Shown here in pieces: positions 61,036 through 64,000 of a stretch of DNA of 64,000 nt. The notes under the pieces are model-generated. The model did not search any database, was not told the origin of the DNA, and saw only the letters and a list, made by a program, of their open reading frames with translations. Source of the DNA: Haliotis rufescens. Taxonomy: Eukaryota. The stretch's first letter is position 1. Each line of letters starts with the position of its first letter. A program made the position numbers and the translations under genes. The stretch is taken from contig NW_025964112.1 in assembly GCF_023055435.1 (NCBI RefSeq), positions 14,322,001 through 14,386,000 of the forward strand, given 5' to 3'.

Positions 61036-62017
61036 TCACCGGATTATCCAGACTGGTTAGTCTCTAATGTTGACGTATATTTATTGTCAGGCTCTTAACT
61101 ACTTTTGTTTCCATTTTCCATAAAATATACCATTGATACGTGTCAAATTGTTTAAGAGTATTGTCATCTACGATTGACTCGAGAAAAATCTATGTCTTGG
61201 ATTTTGACGTCAACTGAACACCGTGTTCTACCTTATGGCGGGTATTTACACCAACACCGGGTGTCATTCGTGAATGTAGACATTTTTTTTCAATTCTTGC
61301 CCATTCGATTGATTCTCGTCTATCTTTGATGACATAGGGCCCAGTACGTTGTTGAGAGGGGCGAGAGGATACCCAAGGGTGAAGGGTCCCTCTGCGGAAG
61401 AGGTTTGGTAGTCTTGTGGTTGAAGTGTTTGGGTCGTCCAGCCAAAGATTTGACTCGTCACACGTTCAATTTGCCGTATGGGATAATTTATTATACATAT
61501 TGTGTCACCCATTGGACATTGCGGAAGAATACGGAAAGGGGCGTAACCGGCTTACTCCCTCATTGGGTATTGGTTGGTCACGATTGCGGAAAACAACTCT
61601 TAACTGTTAACTACCTGCTTCGGAGTGCCTGCGTATTTAGACGGTGGGTCAATGTTCATGCTTTCAACCAATGCTGGGTTTTTTCAGTGTATCGCACTTA
61701 AACTGCCGGGGAAAAGAAAGTATACATTTGAAAATTGGATTTCATTAATTCTTTTCAAACGTTATCAAAATGTTAAAAGGTTGAAAACAGTTGCCAGAAC
61801 ACTGCAAAAGAAAGGTCCAAAACAACTGTTTCCCGTACAAAATACATCGCCATAGAATAGCCATTTCTTGTTTGTTTCGTTGTAAGCCACCATCAAACAT
61901 GAGTGTATACTTTCTTCCCAGCAGTTAGACAGCGAAATGGCGTGTACAGGGACACCTTTTTAAATCGTCAGGATCAGCTAACGAATCCCGGATACGTTGT
62001 AAGACTCCGTTAACATA

Positions 62018-62935
62018 CACTCTTCAAAAAAAGAGATGCATAGGTGTTTTGAGAATTCCAATTAGATTTTTCCCCCCAGCAATCGTCATAAAGACAATTC
62101 TTATGTTTGTTTCCCGTTAATCATGTCATGTTTGTTGTGCATTGCGCGCAAACACATCTCAAAATGTTTTTTTTGTAAACGTTTATCAGCAAAAATGCAG
62201 AGGATGCACGGAAATTGCTTTCAGAAAAAGTTTTTAGCACAATGCACGTGCAAAGTGTTGGAAACAAGAGTAGAGACGCTGACTATAAAAGACCGTACAA
62301 AATTCATCAGTTCATTACGAATTTTCTGACGTGAACGGAGATCGAAAAATGCCAAGATTAACTGCAGCTGCCCGAATTATCGCCATTGGACGTTTGGAAG
62401 CAGGGGAGTCCCAGTCTGCCGTTGCAAGACACTTCAACGTTCACCAAAGCACCATATCTCGAATATGGGATCGATATACCCGCACTAATTCGACTCAAGA
62501 TCATCCCAGAAGTGGAAGACCCAGAGTGACCACCCCTGCTCAGGATCGGTACATCCGGTTGCATCACCCTCGGAATCGATTTGCTACAGCAAGGGACACT
62601 GCAGGACAAGTGCCTGGTATGCGAAGAATTTCCGACCAAACCATCAGAAATCGTCTGAGGGAAGTGGGAATTCGAGCGAGACGACCAAAAGTTGGACCTG
62701 TCTTGCAACGTCTACACCGTCAACGACGTGTCCGGTGGTGCAACAGAGTACAGGCATGGGATCTCAGGAACTGGCGACGCGTTTGGTTCAGCGATGAGTC
62801 ACGTTTTTTCTTCTTCAACGACGGGATGGAAGACAACGTGTATACCGACGTCGACATAAACTTTTTGCGCCGAACTGCGTTCGACTGGTGGACCGATTTG
62901 GTGAAGGGAATGTCATGGTGTGGGGAGCCATAGGT
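62018..62935 (+). mobile_element. 5' half of a Tc1 transposon (left TIR, promoter, frameshifted and truncated transposase)
   Basis: TA|CACTCTTCAAAAAAAGAGATGCA; TATAAAA at 62284 and TCAGTT at 62307. ATG 62349 gives MPRL...HTH, RSGRPRVTT, WFSDESRF. Frameshift in the T-run near 62805; ends after VMVWGAI. Confidence 0.9.
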
Positions 62936-63158
62936 ACACGGGTAGATCACAGTTACAGTCCGTTTGATTCCATCTCAGACCGATGAATTGCTCACTAACT
63001 CAGAATCTAATAATTGCAACAAAACCAAAATGTGCACAGCGACATGAATTGGACAGACCACCCTGATGGTTTGTCTTACAGTTTTGGACACCCGATAAAA
63101 AAAATTGTTTAACAAACGATCATCATATTGTCGACATTTTTCGCCATCCCATCCCATC

Positions 63159-63372
63159 GCCAGAAACCTATGATTGTGGGTTCGAATCCCAGTTCGCCCC
63201 GATTATGTTTCTAGGTTTGTCAGCACCATACCCCTGCTCGTGGGTTTCACCGAAGTGGTAAACGTCTGAGACCTGCATCACCTCGGGCTTTCCTCCCACA
63301 TTAAGCCGCCACGCCACGATGTGACTGGAATACTGTTGAAAGCGGCGTTAAACCCAACTCACTCACTCACTC
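63159..63372 (+). mobile_element. SINE family B, 5'-truncated
   Basis: Match. Confidence 0.85.
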
Positions 63373-63489
63373 ATTATTATGTACGAGCAGCATTCATGTG
63401 CATGTATGTGGAATATTGGTTAGTGCGGCTTTAAACAGCATTCAAACAAACAAACAATTCATTAGGATGGTGGGGTCTCCGGAGTACAA

Positions 63490-63920
63490 AGCAATTTGGA
63501 CCAGAAGTTTAACTTAAGCTACAGGTATATCGATGATCTGATATCGTTCAATAACGGTCCACTGATTTACCCACCTAAACTAGAAATAAAGCACAATCAA
63601 TGAGACCGCCTCGTCTGTTCCATATTTAGATCTATTCCATATTTAGATCTATTCCATATTTAGATCTATGCATAAAGATTCAGAGTGAGAAACACTGTCC
63701 ACAAGACTGGATGGAATGATTTCAACTTTCCCAAAGTCAACTTTCCCTTCATGTCGAGCAATATTCGAGAAGCTCCAGCTCTTTGGCGTCCACTTTTCAC
63801 AACGTCTTAGGTACAATCACGCATGCTCTTTCTTCCAAGTTTTAAAAGAGCGACTCTTGCTCAGAAGCTGTTTGACCAAGGTTACAACATCTGGACGCAT
63901 CAGTGACAAACATTATGTCA
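63490..63920 (+). mobile_element. Decayed Penelope-like RT fragment containing an 18-bp x3 tandem duplication
   Basis: RYIDDL, PYLDL, DFNFPKVNFPFMSSNI, SQRLRY..ACS and QGY motifs across frames. Confidence 0.7.
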
Positions 63921-64000
63921 GACACAATTACATATTTTGACTTGTACCATTTGTTCTTGGTGTTTTTGTCAGTTGATTGATTGACTTGCCTTTGCATGTG

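Noticed and set aside
61264-61512. 82-aa minus-strand ORF with plausible composition
   Set aside because: No family, splice partner or other support visible; left uncalled.

Overview
Eukaryotic, AT-rich, intron-rich animal DNA. The SINE content suggests a mollusc, most likely an abalone-type gastropod; this is an inference. Gene models were assembled by hand from splice sites and reading phase. (1) First coding exon of GORAB on the minus strand; the rest lies outside the window. (2) Head-to-head with it, a complete 11-exon CCNB1IP1/HEI10 meiotic RING E3 ligase gene (1727-17277, about 260 aa). It has two U12-type (minor spliceosome) introns next to 16-nt and 21-nt microexons, one apparently ending in a non-canonical TG acceptor. 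(3) A fucosyltransferase-like gene nested on the SAME strand inside HEI10 intron 5, whose main exon is also in frame with HEI10 exon 5. (4) A complete 12-exon RSPH4A/6A-family radial spoke head gene (20155-33086, about 566 aa) with X-box-like motifs. (5) Two decayed duplicates of a putative small Cys-rich secreted peptide gene. (6) A minus-strand BACK-PHR (BTBD1/2/3/6-like) gene with a signal-peptide-like N-terminus in place of the BTB domain. (7) An orphan 175-aa ORF. The rest is dense repeat: four SINE families, two partial Tc1 transposons, several MITEs, decayed LINEs, a Penelope-like remnant, long palindromes, a 23-bp minisatellite and a 386-bp N gap. No CRISPR array, rRNA gene or genuine tRNA gene was seen. 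Family assignments come from recognised motifs, not from database searches.
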